A stretch of 61,491 bases of DNA, the filler included, from Catajapyx aquilonaris (Eukaryota): NCBI GenBank assembly GCA_000934665.2. It is 2 parts of 2 records of this genome, joined end to end, with 100 filler letters (N's around TTAATTAATTAA, not from the genome) between each part and the next. Parts side by side here need not be neighbours in the genome. Positions count along the whole stretch, not along the records: positions 1 to 30,638 come from JYFJ02004623.1; 1 more part is not named here. One strand, 5' to 3'. The notes under the pieces were generated by a model. The model was not told the origin of the DNA and did no database searches. It saw only the letters and a list, made by a program, of their open reading frames with translations. Made by a program: the position numbers and the translations under genes. Shown piece after piece: positions 1-12,318 of this stretch; position 1 is the first letter of the stretch; the number at the start of each line of letters is the position of its first letter.

Positions 1-821
1 GCTCTAATGAGTGTCACTACCTTCAGGTGGAAGGACATCATTATCAGCCCACGCCATCTACCTTAGGCTCAGAACTTATTGGACGACCCTCGTATGTAAA
101 ATAAAACAAAAAAATAACTTGATCAGGTAAGTTACGAACTGACCTTGCCAAATAGGCCTAATGGGGGCAATCTAAAGTTCAAGTCCTGGCTGTTGCATCA
201 AACCAAACAGCCAAATGCTTTCACAGCAAGCACATTTTTTCACTCCACGCACAGTTCGAACTTAGCAGCATCCTTCGAACTCTAGATCAAATTCTCTCAA
301 ATTTTAGCATTCAATCTCTGGAATGTTCAAAGTTAGGGCCATTTGAAGTACCACTCTACAAATGCTTTTAATAACCATGATCTGATAAAGTACTTCACAG
401 TACAGGAAGTGATTAAAGACAGTTAATGAAAAAATGATCCTTAAATTATGATATAATAAAGTACTTTTATTGCTATAAATAAATTTGTGTTTTCTCAAAA
501 TTAACTATTAAGAGAGCCTGAAACTATTTTATTGGTTTCATTGTTGATTTTTTTTGTCAATTAGTTGGCAAATATTTCAATGTAAATGTCTCTCCGGACA
601 CTTAAATAGCTATGACTGAGGTGTACCCCCTGTATCCTCCACACACTATCTGTGAACTCACCTAAATGCCATGTAACCAGCCTCGCCTTTACCTGAACAA
701 AATCATTCTCTATGTTTCCACATTTCCACTAGTTGCTAACTTGCTATTATCATAGGACAACACTTCCACCTAAGCATAATTTGAGCAGCATTTTTACATA
801 ACGAGTCTCCACCTCCTCCAG

Positions 822-3800
822 CTTTTCTTTCACAGCCAGAACATAGTGAGCATGAAGCATTTCTTGAGAAAGGTTTATTCACTGATGGACAGCACTCCAG
901 ATGATGTTCACCCTCGGCGACATCTGCGACCTCGAAGGCTGGAACCCATTCCTTCTTCTTGTGGTTACCCTTACTTCAATGAGTATCCCAGGTATATTGT
1001 TGACTACCAAGCTAAGGAGAAGGAGAGGATTCGGAGGGAAGAAGTAGTGATCCTGAAGGAGCAAACAGTTTTGCTGGCAGCTGTTAAGGAGCAGCAGAAG
1101 AGGATTGAAGAGGAAAGCAAATGGGATGATAGGGCCTTTGACCTTAAGAGTAAGTGGCAAGGAATATACAGGGTGAAGGGAAACTTGCGGACAATCGCCA
1201 GGTAGACTGATAGTACTCATAAAGCTAATATAGGGCTGTGCAATTAATTTTTGGCTCCGTTGCCTAGTTGATGCATATGGTGCCGTCAAAGTTTCGTGAT
1301 GTCACATCCATTCCTGCAGCTTCTAAGAGGCAAGAGTCACTTCGAGGGTCTCCCTTGGTCCCCTAAACATTGTCCATGTGCAAAAGGCGATCAAATCCCG
1401 TCAGAGTAAGAATCCGGGTACGACACCCGTGCACTTTGTCGTTTTATCCTCATATTCCACCATCCGGCCCGCTACACTTTAAGGGCACCGTACGCATTAA
1501 CTATGCTACAGAGCCAAAAACGAATTGCACATTCCTATATTAGTTTTGCGAGTACTATAAGTTTACCTGGTGATTGTCCGCATGTTTCCCTTCACCCTGT
1601 ATGTTGCAATAATGGCAAAAGGTATTAAGCATGGTGTTAAGGTTACAACACTTCTATTTCAAGCTAGAACAAAATGTGTCGAGAAACTCCTCATTAAACT
1701 TGTAATTTTTTAAGATTCAGAACCTTTTCTATTGTGCACATTGTTATCCAGAGGCCGAAGAAGCAAGAAAACGGGAGCTTCGTGAAGAGGAGGACAAACT
1801 TGCAGAGCACCGCAGGCAATTTTCCGTGCTGCGAAGAGAGATGAGGACAAAGCAATTGCAACTTCTGGAGCTCACGCGAGTCAAGCTATTGAGGGAAAAG
1901 CAATTGAAGCGGGAAATGGAGGCAAGCAGGCTACAGGAGGATATAAATAGGAAGGTCAGGCATCCTGATTGTATTTAGCAATGAAGTTAAACCTGTTTTT
2001 GCTTAGGGCCAGGCAATATTTCCGTGCATTTTATTTGGAATTTAGATTTCATTTGTATCATAATATTATTGATACATTTTAGACACTCATGTACTACATG
2101 CTTTGATTCTAAAGTCATTGTGCATATTTTTCAAGTCAAAAACGGTCACATGTAGATAGATACCTTTGCTAACATAAGTTTTGAAACTCTGGTTATTACA
2201 ATTTGGTCTGGTAGTATATCGATGGGTCCCAAATTGCATGGGGAGGGGAGGGGGGAGGGGGGGGGCAGAAGACAAAGAGAGATCATGACCCCACCCCCAC
2301 CCCCACCCCCACCATCGCCCTAAGATGGCTCAACCCTGATGCGTGTAGAGCTGTTGAACATTGCAATACCTTATTATTATCTGACAGGTCAGCAACAGTT
2401 CCTTACAACAATCGTAATGCTGTACAGGATTTGCAGCATTATGTGTATATTTGCTACCTGTGTTTTTTTGTCACTTTCAGTCCACAATCAATACATTTCG
2501 ATATGTAGTGAAATATTTGAAGACCTTGGGGAAGAACTATCAAGGTTAACTTTATGTCAAAAATTAGTCACATAATTATCTCAGAAGATAGTTTCACTAA
2601 TGTAAAATATGATGATTTGGCCGTGGTTGTGGAGTAATGACCATAGGTATGGAAGGCCCCGAAAATAGAATTTACAAGAGAACCTCATGGGCCTTCGAAA
2701 TTTGAAATGGTAATCTCTCAGTTTCACATGAGGTGGACCTTGATCGTTCTTCCCCCGAGGTCTTTATTTATGCCACATAGATTTTCTCTTTGAAAATCCT
2801 GATGTTATACAGCCCTGCCTATGGTTGCGTCAGTGACCCTATGTGGTTGGCACAGTCCAGTTGTACCAACTTAGAATGACAGACTGCTCTTTTGAGGTAT
2901 TGCCTATAATTAGATTTATAATTGGTTAACCAGAATTCCAAAGGAATACTCAAGTTGTACAGTACAAAGTGCTGGTCAGCATTTGCATTATTACGGTTCA
3001 TTTTATTCATAGCATTGAATTTTTTAGTGAAGTAATAATGTCACAGAATACTTTTCAATAGAAGTTTTAAGAAGAGGAGCAGAGTGGGATGCCACAACAT
3101 TTAAATATATGGTATTGTAAATTCCACTCTGCTCCTCTTTCAGTGATTTCAGCAATAGCAATAATTATTGGTCATGGAATGAGGAACAGGGGAGATGTTG
3201 CATTAATATATTTGCCTTGTGGTTTAGTAGTCCGGGCAGTCCTCCAGGCATGGCACAATACACATATGCTGGGACAGGCCTAGACAGAATTCTGGCGCCC
3301 CAAGCAAAAGCCCTGTATGTGTGATTTTTGTCACTTCGAGATAATCGCATTTGAAGTTCCCGTGCCTGCCTTACATACTTATACTTTCATGGTTTTACTA
3401 TGCCCCTAACTTTGCAATGGAGGCTCGTAGAGATAATAGGTTTCTACCATTACGTGGGCACCATAAAGAGGAGTCCAGTGGTGTGCTTAGCTGAACATAC
3501 ATGGTTTTTGCATGTACAGAGTTTTTGCTTGGGGCGTCAGAATTGCTCTCTTCCCCGAGACATTGTGATAGTGTGCGGTAGTGGTGATAGTAATGTATAT
3601 GCCATCCTGTTTTTTTTGGGAAAAATTATTATGCCCAAGTGATTCTTACTTTTGATACACAGTAATAATTTGCCAACAGGGTTTATTGTTAGTGGCTATT
3701 TGTGCATGCATTGGGTGTGGATTCCTTATATCTGATGAAGATATATCCAATATCTGTGAATGGAAGATTCACGTAAGAATTTTGGTAATTTTGATGTGCT

Positions 3801-6800
3801 ATATATTTCAGAAAGCAGAGTATGCAGACGAAGTGGGACTAACAGTAGATGAACTGTATGATTATTATCTTGAACTTCTAACCAAGAAGCAAGAACTGGA
3901 AACCCAACTGGGCATAAAAGAAGACGAAGGTACCTTTGCAAGAAAAGACGGAGTCAAGATCAAAACTAGAGGATCATCAGATCATCCTGAAAAGAGATCG
4001 AAGACCAAACAGCATAGGGCAGAGAGACTTGAACATCTTGAGGACAAATTGCACACTGTTTGTGACAAGTTGGACAGGATCAAGGCATGGCGGAAGGGAG
4101 TGGAAAATGAAGAAGAGATTGGGTCACTATCAAGGAGTGTGGCCTTGTCCAGGTGTCATGGGTGGACTGGTTGGGTTGACCAGAGAGATGTGAAGGCTAG
4201 TGGTGATAGAAGAAAGGATAGTAGTGGAGAGGAAGAACATTACCACTTAGATGGTGAGTCACAGTTGAATTTTAATTCCCTACTGACCTTCACATAGACA
4301 TTTTTGAAGAGTTGCAGTGGTCAATCGTAACATCGGAAGGTAATATTAATTTTCAACAATGTTTTATTGATCACTATGACTGCTTTTTCTGGCTCTCCAA
4401 CTTAAAGGGACACTTCGCTCCTTCAACAAATTGAGCTCTAAAAGTAACGCAAAATGTCTTGATTCTGATTAATTTTTTAAAAAATAACTTAAAGGAAAGC
4501 CCAAGACAAGATGTCAAAAGTCAGAGGAAAAAACATACCACATGCTACAATTTAGTTAAGGAAAGACCGAAGCAGGTTGGTAGTGCAGCGGTTCTTAACC
4601 TGTGGTGCGAGGTGGCTCCCCTGGGGGTGCGAGCAAGGTGCACCTCTGGACTGAGTCTAACTATGAACGTAATCAATCACCCCTGGTATAGGGGGTGCGA
4701 CAAGGACTAACTGTCTTCAAAGGGGTGCGGAGGCACGAAAAGGTTAAGAACAGCTGGTGTAGTGGTTAAGGAGTCCGACTGCTAATCGGGAGGTCCTGGG
4801 TTCGATACCCGGGGTCAGAAATCCTGCCCATGGTTTTCTGTGGTTTTCCATGGTCCCCCCAGGATAATTCTGGGGTTGCTTCTGTACAACCACAGCCACA
4901 GCTGCTTCCTTCCTTCCCTATCCTTGGCCCCATCCATGTGTGAAGAAATATTTCAGAAGAATTGAGTGCCAAAATGGTGGTATTCCACCCCCCTAATGGA
5001 GCGGCGATTCTCCCAATGAGGTAACACAGGTAAAATCTCGTTACAACAAAACCGGCAGGACAGGGCAAATGTTTTTGTAATAACGGAATTACGTTAAATC
5101 GAGACTGGTTATTTTTATTTCCCCTGCAAGTATGTCCGAATCTGTCAACTCCTGGCACACATGTACGTCGTCATCTGCCGCTACAAAATCGTGGAAGGTA
5201 ACTTCATCCGGCACACCGGTGCTTTCAGAGACGGATCTCCACACAGACAGGTACTCAGGGTCATCTGAGTTTTCGGTGTCCTGGACACTCCCCAAAACAG
5301 ACACTGCCGACCCCTTGATGCAACTTTTACCCCAACATTTCACGATTGTTGACAGTGTTACGCACGACCACACACTCGCTTATCGCTAGACACTGCTGGA
5401 GCACGTGTGGCAGAGCGTTGCACTAGTGCATATTTCGTTATATCGCCGAAGCAGTTTGGTGGAGTGGATAAGGTGTTCGACTGCTAATTGGGAGGTCCTG
5501 GGTTCGAGTCCTGGGGCTGGCAAACCTAACCGTGGTTTTCTGTGGTTTCCCACGGTCCCCCAGGAGAATTCTGGGACTGCTTCCTAAATAATTAGGCCAC
5601 AGCCACTTCCTTCCGTCCCTATCCTATCTCAAAAAGCAAAGTAAAAATGAAAGCAAAGAGTTCCAGTTAAAACAAAAATTGGGAGGAACTCCCCCCCTGA
5701 AGAGCCGCCGGCTGATAATGGGTATGAATTATTATAATATTTCGTTATATCAGGTTCAATACTAGCTGGTGAACCACCTTTCGTATTTGTTGGACTGAAA
5801 ACTTTGTAGCAGCGCATTTCGTAATAATGTGATTACAAGTACATTGGTCTTAGGGCTGGCCAACCAAAGTCATTATTTTTCTTAGTTCTATTGAATTTCA
5901 TTGTATTGGTATTCGCTAAAACGAGATTTTACTGTATAAATTAAAAATTTAAATTAAATAAAAATAAGTTAAAGGAAAGGGGATAGGCCGAAAACCACTG
6001 CAAAAATCACGAATGAAACATGATTGGTCGGGCGGCATGGTTCCCTAGCGGTTACACTGCTGGCCAGCCAAGCGGGAGGCCGGGGTTCAAATCCCGTCCC
6101 CGTCACCTCTGCTTGGCCGGGTCTTTTTCCGCTTTTCACCCGACATGCCGGGGCAGAATTGCACTCCCTACTCTGCCCGGGGCCAGCAGAAAAGGTCTGG
6201 TGTATTTCACAGTCAGAAATGACTAAAAATTACAGCGCCCTCCCTTGGGAACCTCCCCTTCCCCCTGAAGAGTGCCACGAGCTCTATCACGGGGTATTAA
6301 AAATAAAATTTATACATTAATAATAATAATAATAATAATAAAACATGATTGGTAGGGAAAAAACAGTCCTGAATGTATGTAGGTAGTTGAATCTCAATTC
6401 TCTCCCTGGAGCAAGAGTTGCCAGAGGTAATATATCAAGTGTGTGATCAAGAAATATTACTTTTTTGCCACATCCCAAATGATGATGCCCCTAAAAAGCA
6501 GGCACCAACTTTTTGGCTGACTTTGACCTCTTGCCCTGGATTCACTTTTCAATTCTGAGAAAAATATATTGCACCTTCAGAATTGTGGTTTTTCTCCTGA
6601 CGTCAGAGGAGAGCAGAATTTCTTTAACCTTCAACTTGTAGGTTTGGAGCTTTGGGCAAGACTTAGACTTAGACAGTAATAGAGAATTGAGAATGTCAAG
6701 TATAATATTCCTACTACATAGTCATTGAAAAAGAATGTACCAATTTTAAAATCCTGTGACTCGAAAACTTGCAGACATATCTAAATGATTTAAGTTTTGA

Positions 6801-7798
6801 AATTCTAAGAAATATCAAATGTTTTGGTCTTGCCATAGTTTGTTTCGATATGAGCTTCATTTGTCGCTCGGAAAATGTAAATACGGTAATCGGTGTCTTG
6901 TCTATCCTGCTCAGGCATGTCTGGCATTACCATTGCAATTTTTTCCTGTTTGGTGCTGGAGATGCTAAATCTTTTCACCATACATGTATCTCTTGAAAAA
7001 GTCCAACAGGGTCAGATCTGGGCTTCTGAGGGGGGATAAGCATGGAGAAACGTGTCATTTAAGACTTCGCACACTGGGAGGCTGAACAAATGAAACTTTT
7101 CTATGCTAGGTTTGTTTCATAGATGAGCAGACATCATCAACTACATTATCAAGAACAAGGTGTATGGTGTAAAGACCCGTCATCTCCAGCACCTACGGGA
7201 TAGGATCACAGATATGATTGAGAAGGTTTGGTTCGAGATGAATACCATCTTTTTTACATGCTGAGAAATAAATGAAGCTCATATCAAAACAAACTAAGGT
7301 GACACCAAAACTTTAGATATTTCTTAGAATTTCAAAACTTACGGTACATTATTTAGATATGACTAGAAGTTTTCGAGTGATGGGGGTTTATTTAAAATTG
7401 GGACATTCTTTTTCAATGACCCTGTATTAGGAGCATGCAACAGTTATACTCGTAGTATATTCATACTATTTTATATCTGATATCTGAAAAATAGTATTAC
7501 CTGAAGAGTTATGACTGTCATCTTATATCTGTTACCTTCACAGGCATGCGCAATCAAAGAGTCAGACGGAGCCAAAGACGTCATGAAGGTGCCTCTTCCT
7601 GTGAGAGATCATGTGAGTTGATATACATTTTCTTACTGCTGTTAGGCACAAGTGTGACCTTTCACAATCAATTTAGCATTGGGTGACATAGGAGACTTTG
7701 TATCTAGTGGAAGGAGGGCTGTTACTGCTGCAATGAAGATCAGAGAGAGGATTGCCAGTCAGACAAATTGCTGGGCTAGCCTGCAGTCCTTGTCATGA
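822..7798 (+). CDS. TBC1D31: TBC1 domain family member 31 (WDR67), 3' part; the 5' exons lie upstream of or at the window edge
   Basis: Phase-consistent GT-AG exons 822-1149, 1752-1954, 3812-4253, 7544-7612 and 7677-7798 (TGA 7796-7798). The translation LFFHSQN...KVYSLMDSTPDDVHP...YPYFNEYPRYIVDYQAKEKERIRREE...KAEEARKRELREEEDKL...SRLQEDINRK matches the post-TBC and coiled-coil region of TBC1D31 as I recall it. The last two exons rest mainly on splice signals and frame, so they are less certain. Confidence 0.85.
1169..1599. mobile_element. Tc1/mariner-type MITE in a TBC1D31 intron
   Basis: Imperfect terminal inverted repeats over 100 bp long (CAGGGTGAAGGGAAAC... / ...GTTTCCCTTCACCCTG), with TA on both sides (1167-68, 1600-01) and no recognisable transposase. 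Confidence 0.85.
4586..4756. mobile_element. hAT (Charlie-like) MITE
   Basis: TIRs CAGCGGTTCTTAACCT / AGGTTAAGAACAGCTG and an approximately 8-bp target duplication TGGTAGTG / GTGTAGTG. It sits in the SINE A box. Confidence 0.8.
5027..5934 (-). mobile_element. pogo/Tigger-like element, internally deleted, with a transposase C-terminal remnant
   Basis: TIRs CAGGTAAAATCTCGTT / AACGAGATTTTACTG followed by TA. The minus ORF 5089-5373 (TIVKCWGKSC...VTFHDFVAADDDVHVCQELTDSDILA) resembles the acidic C-terminus of Tigger/TIGD proteins. Confidence 0.7.
5445..5736 (+). mobile_element. tRNA-derived SINE, same family as 4566
   Basis: A box TGGTGGAGTGG and B box GGTTCGAGTCC, with a perfect 15-bp TSD ATATTTCGTTATATC (5430-5444, 5737-5751). 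Confidence 0.85.
6029..6340 (+). mobile_element. tRNA-derived SINE with (TAA)n tail
   Basis: B box GGTTCAAATCCC, a 3' stem-loop CCCCTGAAGAG...CTCTATCACGGGG, a (TAA)n tail and a perfect 13-bp TSD AAACATGATTGGT (6016-6028, 6341-6353). Confidence 0.85.
6717..7424 (+). mobile_element. Degenerate Tc1/mariner element with long TIRs and a transposase remnant
   Basis: Imperfect TIRs of about 115 bp (GTCATTGAAAAAGAATGT... / ...ACATTCTTTTTCAATGACCCTG) with TA flanks. About 7140-7235 translates as IKNKVYGVKTRHLQHLRDRITDMIEKVW, typical of the C-terminus of mariner-like transposases. Confidence 0.8.
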
Positions 7799-7864
7799 AC
7801 TACACTGTTACACTGGAGTTTGGGCTCAATGGACTGCAATGGTAAGGATGTACATTTACATACC

Positions 7865-7870
7865 AATAAA
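7865..7870 (+). promoter_or_regulatory. Candidate polyadenylation signal of TBC1D31
   Basis: AATAAA starting 67 nt after the predicted stop codon. Confidence 0.45.
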
Positions 7871-8409
7871 AGATGAGTTTTGAAAACTCAACTTAAAGAG
7901 GAAATAACAACCACAACTTTCAGCCTGACCTCCATGCATTATTATGAGGTATTTTAAGATTTTGAATTGGGATATATGTTGCATGTGTGCCAAGAAGAAT
8001 TCATCAAGGAAGAAGCAGACATCCAAGGCAGACTAGAGTTTGTAATAGAATTTTGCAGTGTAGTCACTCCATCCCACAAAATGTATCCAAAATGAACAGG
8101 TTTGGTAAATGTGTTTCTCTTGATCCATGATTACTGAAAATCAGTGTCTTTTACCCGTATAATAGCTAGTGTGTGAGGAATTGGAAGGACTATTTTGGCT
8201 TGTAATTCAATATAGATGGGGTATTTGTGGCAACTAAAACCTGCTTCAATTTCAGGTGAATAGGCTTGCTGTGACTATTATCCGGTAAATATAATAAAAT
8301 TATCACAGCAACCCAGGGTGACTCAGAGCATATCCAATTGGGATTAGAAATATCTTTATATGGAAATTGCTGTAATATGCCTACTCAACTTGACTCCCAC
8401 TTTCCGGTA

Positions 8410-8770
8410 TTATATTATTTTGTTTAAGTTTTTTTATTCATGTTACCCCGTGATATGGCCAGATGTCCTCTTAGGAGGAGGGAATACCACCATTTTTTCA
8501 GCAATTTTCTGTATTTTTTCTTTGGTCACTGTGCGAGGATTAAAGGACATGAGGTAGGGAAAGGGCTTTTTGGAGAGGGGAGACAGGTGCAGGTCCAATG
8601 TTGGAAAATGGGTCATGTGCAGCCTCCCTGGAGGTTAGGTTGCCAGACGCCTCCAAGCCACGGGTCAGAGACCTTCCTGACGCAGGCGAAAGGAAACTCA
8701 CCAGCGGGGTTCGAACCCGGGACCTTTCGCACAGCAAGCCAAGAGGTTACCATCTCGGCCACCATGCCTT
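8410..8770 (-). mobile_element. tRNA-derived SINE
   Basis: Minus-strand head GGCATGGTGGCCGAGATGG...GGTTCGAACCCC. The 3' end ...TATCACGGGGTA...AATAAAA is shared with the 6029 SINE. TSD CCACTTTCCGGTA / CCACATTCTGGTA (8397-8409, 8771-8783). Confidence 0.8.
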
Positions 8771-10267
8771 CCACATTCTGGTACTAAATTGCCTTACTGC
8801 CACATTTTGGGTGTCGGACTATATGGCACTAGCACGAGTCATAAAATGTGCAGATTTACAGTAATTGTGTCTTAGTATAAGAGCAGACAGTTGCTCAGGT
8901 TTTTGTAGTAATGACAGGATAATAAAATTGTATGCCTGATTTACTATGGTCATCGATCTAGGATCTCATATTTATGTGCATAGTAAATGTAGTTCATAAG
9001 GCTCTTGTTATTTTGTGTTTGTCATTTTTATATCCAGCCACTGTGATATTTACGTGTTTTATCACGTAGTACAAAAATAACAAAATATCGCATACCCTGC
9101 ATTTCTGAGGGCTTTTGGGGGAAGGTGGAGTGTCCTGAAGCCCAGCCTTCAGGAGTTCCCTCCTTTGTCCCTCCAGCAGGCTTACCTGCCTTAGCTGTCC
9201 CCATCTCCAACCAGTTGGTGTGGGCCAGTAGGCCCAATATTTACAAGCAGTGCTTCAAAATCATGGCAGTGTGGTTGAAGAATCCATGGTAAGCTGTGTG
9301 TCTCATGACATATCATAAATGGTAACTCCTTATTTACAGAGGATACTTGTAATATAATCTAGTCCTCTAGTAACCACTCAATTCCTGGGCAAAACAAGGC
9401 AATGCTAATTGTAAGACAAAAAAGTCAAGGCACCAACCATAATTATGATGGCAAGCATTTCAGTTCTCAAAAGACATAACAGTTATAACCTCTGTTGAGG
9501 GCCACTTTTTAAAAGCATTGTTTACCTTTCGTTGACATACAGTTTTGCCAGTGTGGGCATCTTTTTTCCCCCCCCATTGATTAATATGTAGCATTTTCAT
9601 ATATGGTACTTGTTATTTTGATATTTTGTCAGCAGAAATGCACTGTACCTAATTGCAACGCAATGATCATTGAAAAGTTAATTTTGCTAGTGAATAACAA
9701 ACCATCATATTAATGATTATGCACCCTGCATCAAAAGTAATTTATAATTTATATTCTCATTTGAACCACAGAGAGCTTATTCCAAAGAAATGAGCATTAC
9801 ATTATTTATTCTCGCACATTTGCACTCACCTTGTGCATTCACTCTGCATAGTGCATACATATTGGGCTCCCCCATTTCATAGCGAATAATTTTGGCCAGC
9901 TGCTTGGAAAGGAAAGCCGAGAAACGCTCCCTATTAATTGGGTGTTATATCACCAGGAAAACATGACGGGATGGATCGATGCCCATTTCCTTGGTAGGCT
10001 CTAAAAGAAGCCCAGAGCCGGCACCAATTAGCATGAGGAAGTAACCCAAGTGCCTCAGATGGGATTTGAGGAGGCTTCCCATTCCTCTCATTTGTGCCAC
10101 TACAGGCATGTCCCGGAGATGATATATCCTGGAGCCTCCTCCCCTCTTCTGTTGACTTTCTTCCAAGGTTTGGGATTACGTTGGACAACCACCATCTCAA
10201 GGAATGCAGGGTTTGGGATAACTTGTGACTGAGACTCAGCATGTTGGAAACCACCTTTATCACACTT

Positions 10268-10297
10268 TTTTGTTGTTGTTGTTGTTGTTGTTGTTGT
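10268..10297. repeat. (TTG)n microsatellite
   Basis: Direct inspection. Confidence 0.9.
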
Positions 10298-11017
10298 TTT
10301 TTTTGTTTTGTTTTTTTGGCCCTGGGAAATAATTCTACCACTGTGGAACGATATATGCTCACGCTTTATCCAGAAAAGAGAACCCGTACTGTGTAAGAAT
10401 TTTGCTTAACAAACCGACAAGCAACGACAATTGAAAGCACTAGACATGGGGCTGGTTCTGTGCGTTGTTGTGCAGCCTCCATCGTACTGCATTTTATTCA
10501 GAGTCAGGTAATACCAATACTGGTCATATCTTGCCGTCTATACAGCCGAAATAATCCGGGATGCTTGATTGATATTTTTTGAAGTCTTGATAATACACGA
10601 TTATTATCCTGGTAATATCCTGTATTGAATATCAAGCTGATTTATTTCTGGGCGTCACAGGACGCGCGTAGAATGTGATGGTTTCGGGACTATCACTGTA
10701 CAAAAATGCCAGTCCGAATAAATACTTCGCAGAATTACAACATAATATTATGGCGCATGATTCCGGCATTTTTCCAAATCGATGTAAGCAACTCTTCCAG
10801 GCTGTTTTGGTCCCTTTCTTGTAACCAGCACAAGATGGCCGCGGCCTACTAACTCGAAAGCACATGTATGATAACCAGGACATCACTTGGGAAAAGATTT
10901 GTGTTCTTTTTTCATTTTTTAAATAATAATTATTAGGGACCGGGGGATCGGGTGGGAAACTGTTGAACTATACAACCACGGCTACTCGGTGTGTCCTGTT
11001 GATGATGGTTGGAGATG

Positions 11018-12318
11018 TCACAGAAAGCCATGAGACTGCATGAGAAGTGCGGCTTCGTAAGAAGGTAGTCCTTGAGGGTCAAAAGAACTGTTGCTCTTTG
11101 ACCCAACCACAGAGTCGTATGCTGGCGGGGGCGATGGCATCGGGCTGCAGGGTATCACGAAGGTCAAGGGGTCACTGGGGTGGGGCTGGCACATGGAAGG
11201 GTAAAGAAACGGTGGGCTGCCAGATCGCACCTGAAATATTTAATAACAGGGTCAAATCTTTGCTCTGGATTATCTCAGATCTGTTTTTCAATAGTTGATT
11301 TCTCCTGCATGCAGACAAAATAATGTAGCGTACATGATACAAGAGAAGCCTTGATTAGCATAACTGATCAGTCACATTTTGGTTGAAATTTAGTTAAGCA
11401 TTGCCTAAGGTGGTCCTTGGTGTGTGCTTTCTGGCGAGGTTTGTTTTAGGCTAGAGTAATTACAGCTCTTTAGATAAATGTTTGAACAAAAATGTGTTCA
11501 GTAAAGAATAATCATGACACTGCAAACTCTCATCTGAAAATAATTCCAGTATGATTAATATTTCGCATTTGAGGTCTTCCGTTGTAATACTCAGCACTTT
11601 GGCGTTATTATTTCTTGTCAAAAATACGTAGAGGGCAATTTACTCTTCGTAACTTGTCAAGTTAGCATGACATCCCATTCCATAAGCTGCTGATCCCGTG
11701 GGAAAGTGCTTTCCGCACAACGCGGCTTATACTGTATTCCCGCATCTGTGTAGGCCTATCAGGAAAATATTGCCCACACTGATGCTGATGAAAATTTATA
11801 TCGCGCCAATAAATAATACTTAATAATTTTGTGCTAAAAAACCAAGAATGGTAAAGAGTTTTAATCCCCCTTCTTTCGCTTTGATCTGTCTTTTTCTTTT
11901 ACAGTATATATCATCACCCATACCCATTCTATGGAACGGAGTTTAGTGTGCGTGAGTGAGCAGAAGCAGGATTTAGGTTTTTTTATTGCTGATGAATCTG
12001 CTTTCAATTTGACATTAGTTAGCCAAAAGTTTGCAAGTGCGTAAATTGTAGCTGTGATATTAAACATAGGTCAAAGGTACTGATCAAATGAATCTAAAAC
12101 ACTCGGAATATTTGGTGAAGTACAGTTGTACGTGACAGGTTCTGACATGTAATCGTACCTGCGAATGGACGGTAAAAACTTCGTGTGGTGAGGATTCTTC
12201 CTGAAGACCTATTTCTTCTTGGCAGTAGTCGGAGAAGGAGCAAGCACTTTTCTTCATGTTTCTATGGCAGCAGTAGCACATCAGAAACACTACCAGAACC
12301 AACCCACCAAACATAGAC
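11018..12318 (-). CDS. Small single-pass membrane protein with PPxY and LPxY (WW-binding) motifs; Commissureless/PRRG/WBP1-like Nedd4 adaptor candidate
   Basis: Exons 12318-12159 and 11230-11018 join in phase 0 with GT-AG sites. The product is 122 aa from ATG 12314: hydrophobic FGGLVLVVFLM, juxtamembrane CYCCHRNMKK, PPPAY and GLPSYEAAL. An acceptor precedes 12318, so an upstream exon exists; one phase-compatible candidate is 18192-18143 (MKAELGIAHLLSWISDR), which is unproven. Confidence 0.75.

Larger units (their letters stand above)
4566..5966 (+). mobile_element. tRNA-derived SINE (tRNA-Ser(GCT)-like head), interrupted by two DNA elements
   Basis: Head ...GTGTAGTGGTTAAGG...GACTGCTAATC...GGTTCGATACCC carries A and B boxes. 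The body is homologous to 5445-5736. The AT-rich tail resumes at 5935. Flanking duplication AGTTAAGGAAAG (4554-4565) / AGTTAAAGGAAAG (5967-5979). Confidence 0.75.

Noticed and set aside
1..130. Possible upstream TBC1D31 exon end (ALMSVTTF...)
   Set aside because: It is plausible, but I could not find a donor in phase with exon 822, so it is left unannotated.
4757..4815. tRNA-Ser(GCT)-like gene (also the tRNA-like heads at 5445, 6029, 8770 and 44862)
   Set aside because: There is no acceptor stem or long variable arm; each continues into a SINE body with a tail and TSD.
6260..6296. Hammerhead ribozyme suggested by CTGAAGAG
   Set aside because: There is no GAAA core or three-stem arrangement; it is a simple SINE tail hairpin.
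7123..7225. Candidate TBC1D31 exon (TTTCATAG acceptor)
   Set aside because: It lies inside the mariner element, and the meaningful frame is a transposase remnant.
9860..10260. Coding-like segment (142-aa minus ORF)
   Set aside because: It has no recognisable domain and the ORF is extended by a microsatellite. It may be a decayed TE, but this is unsupported.
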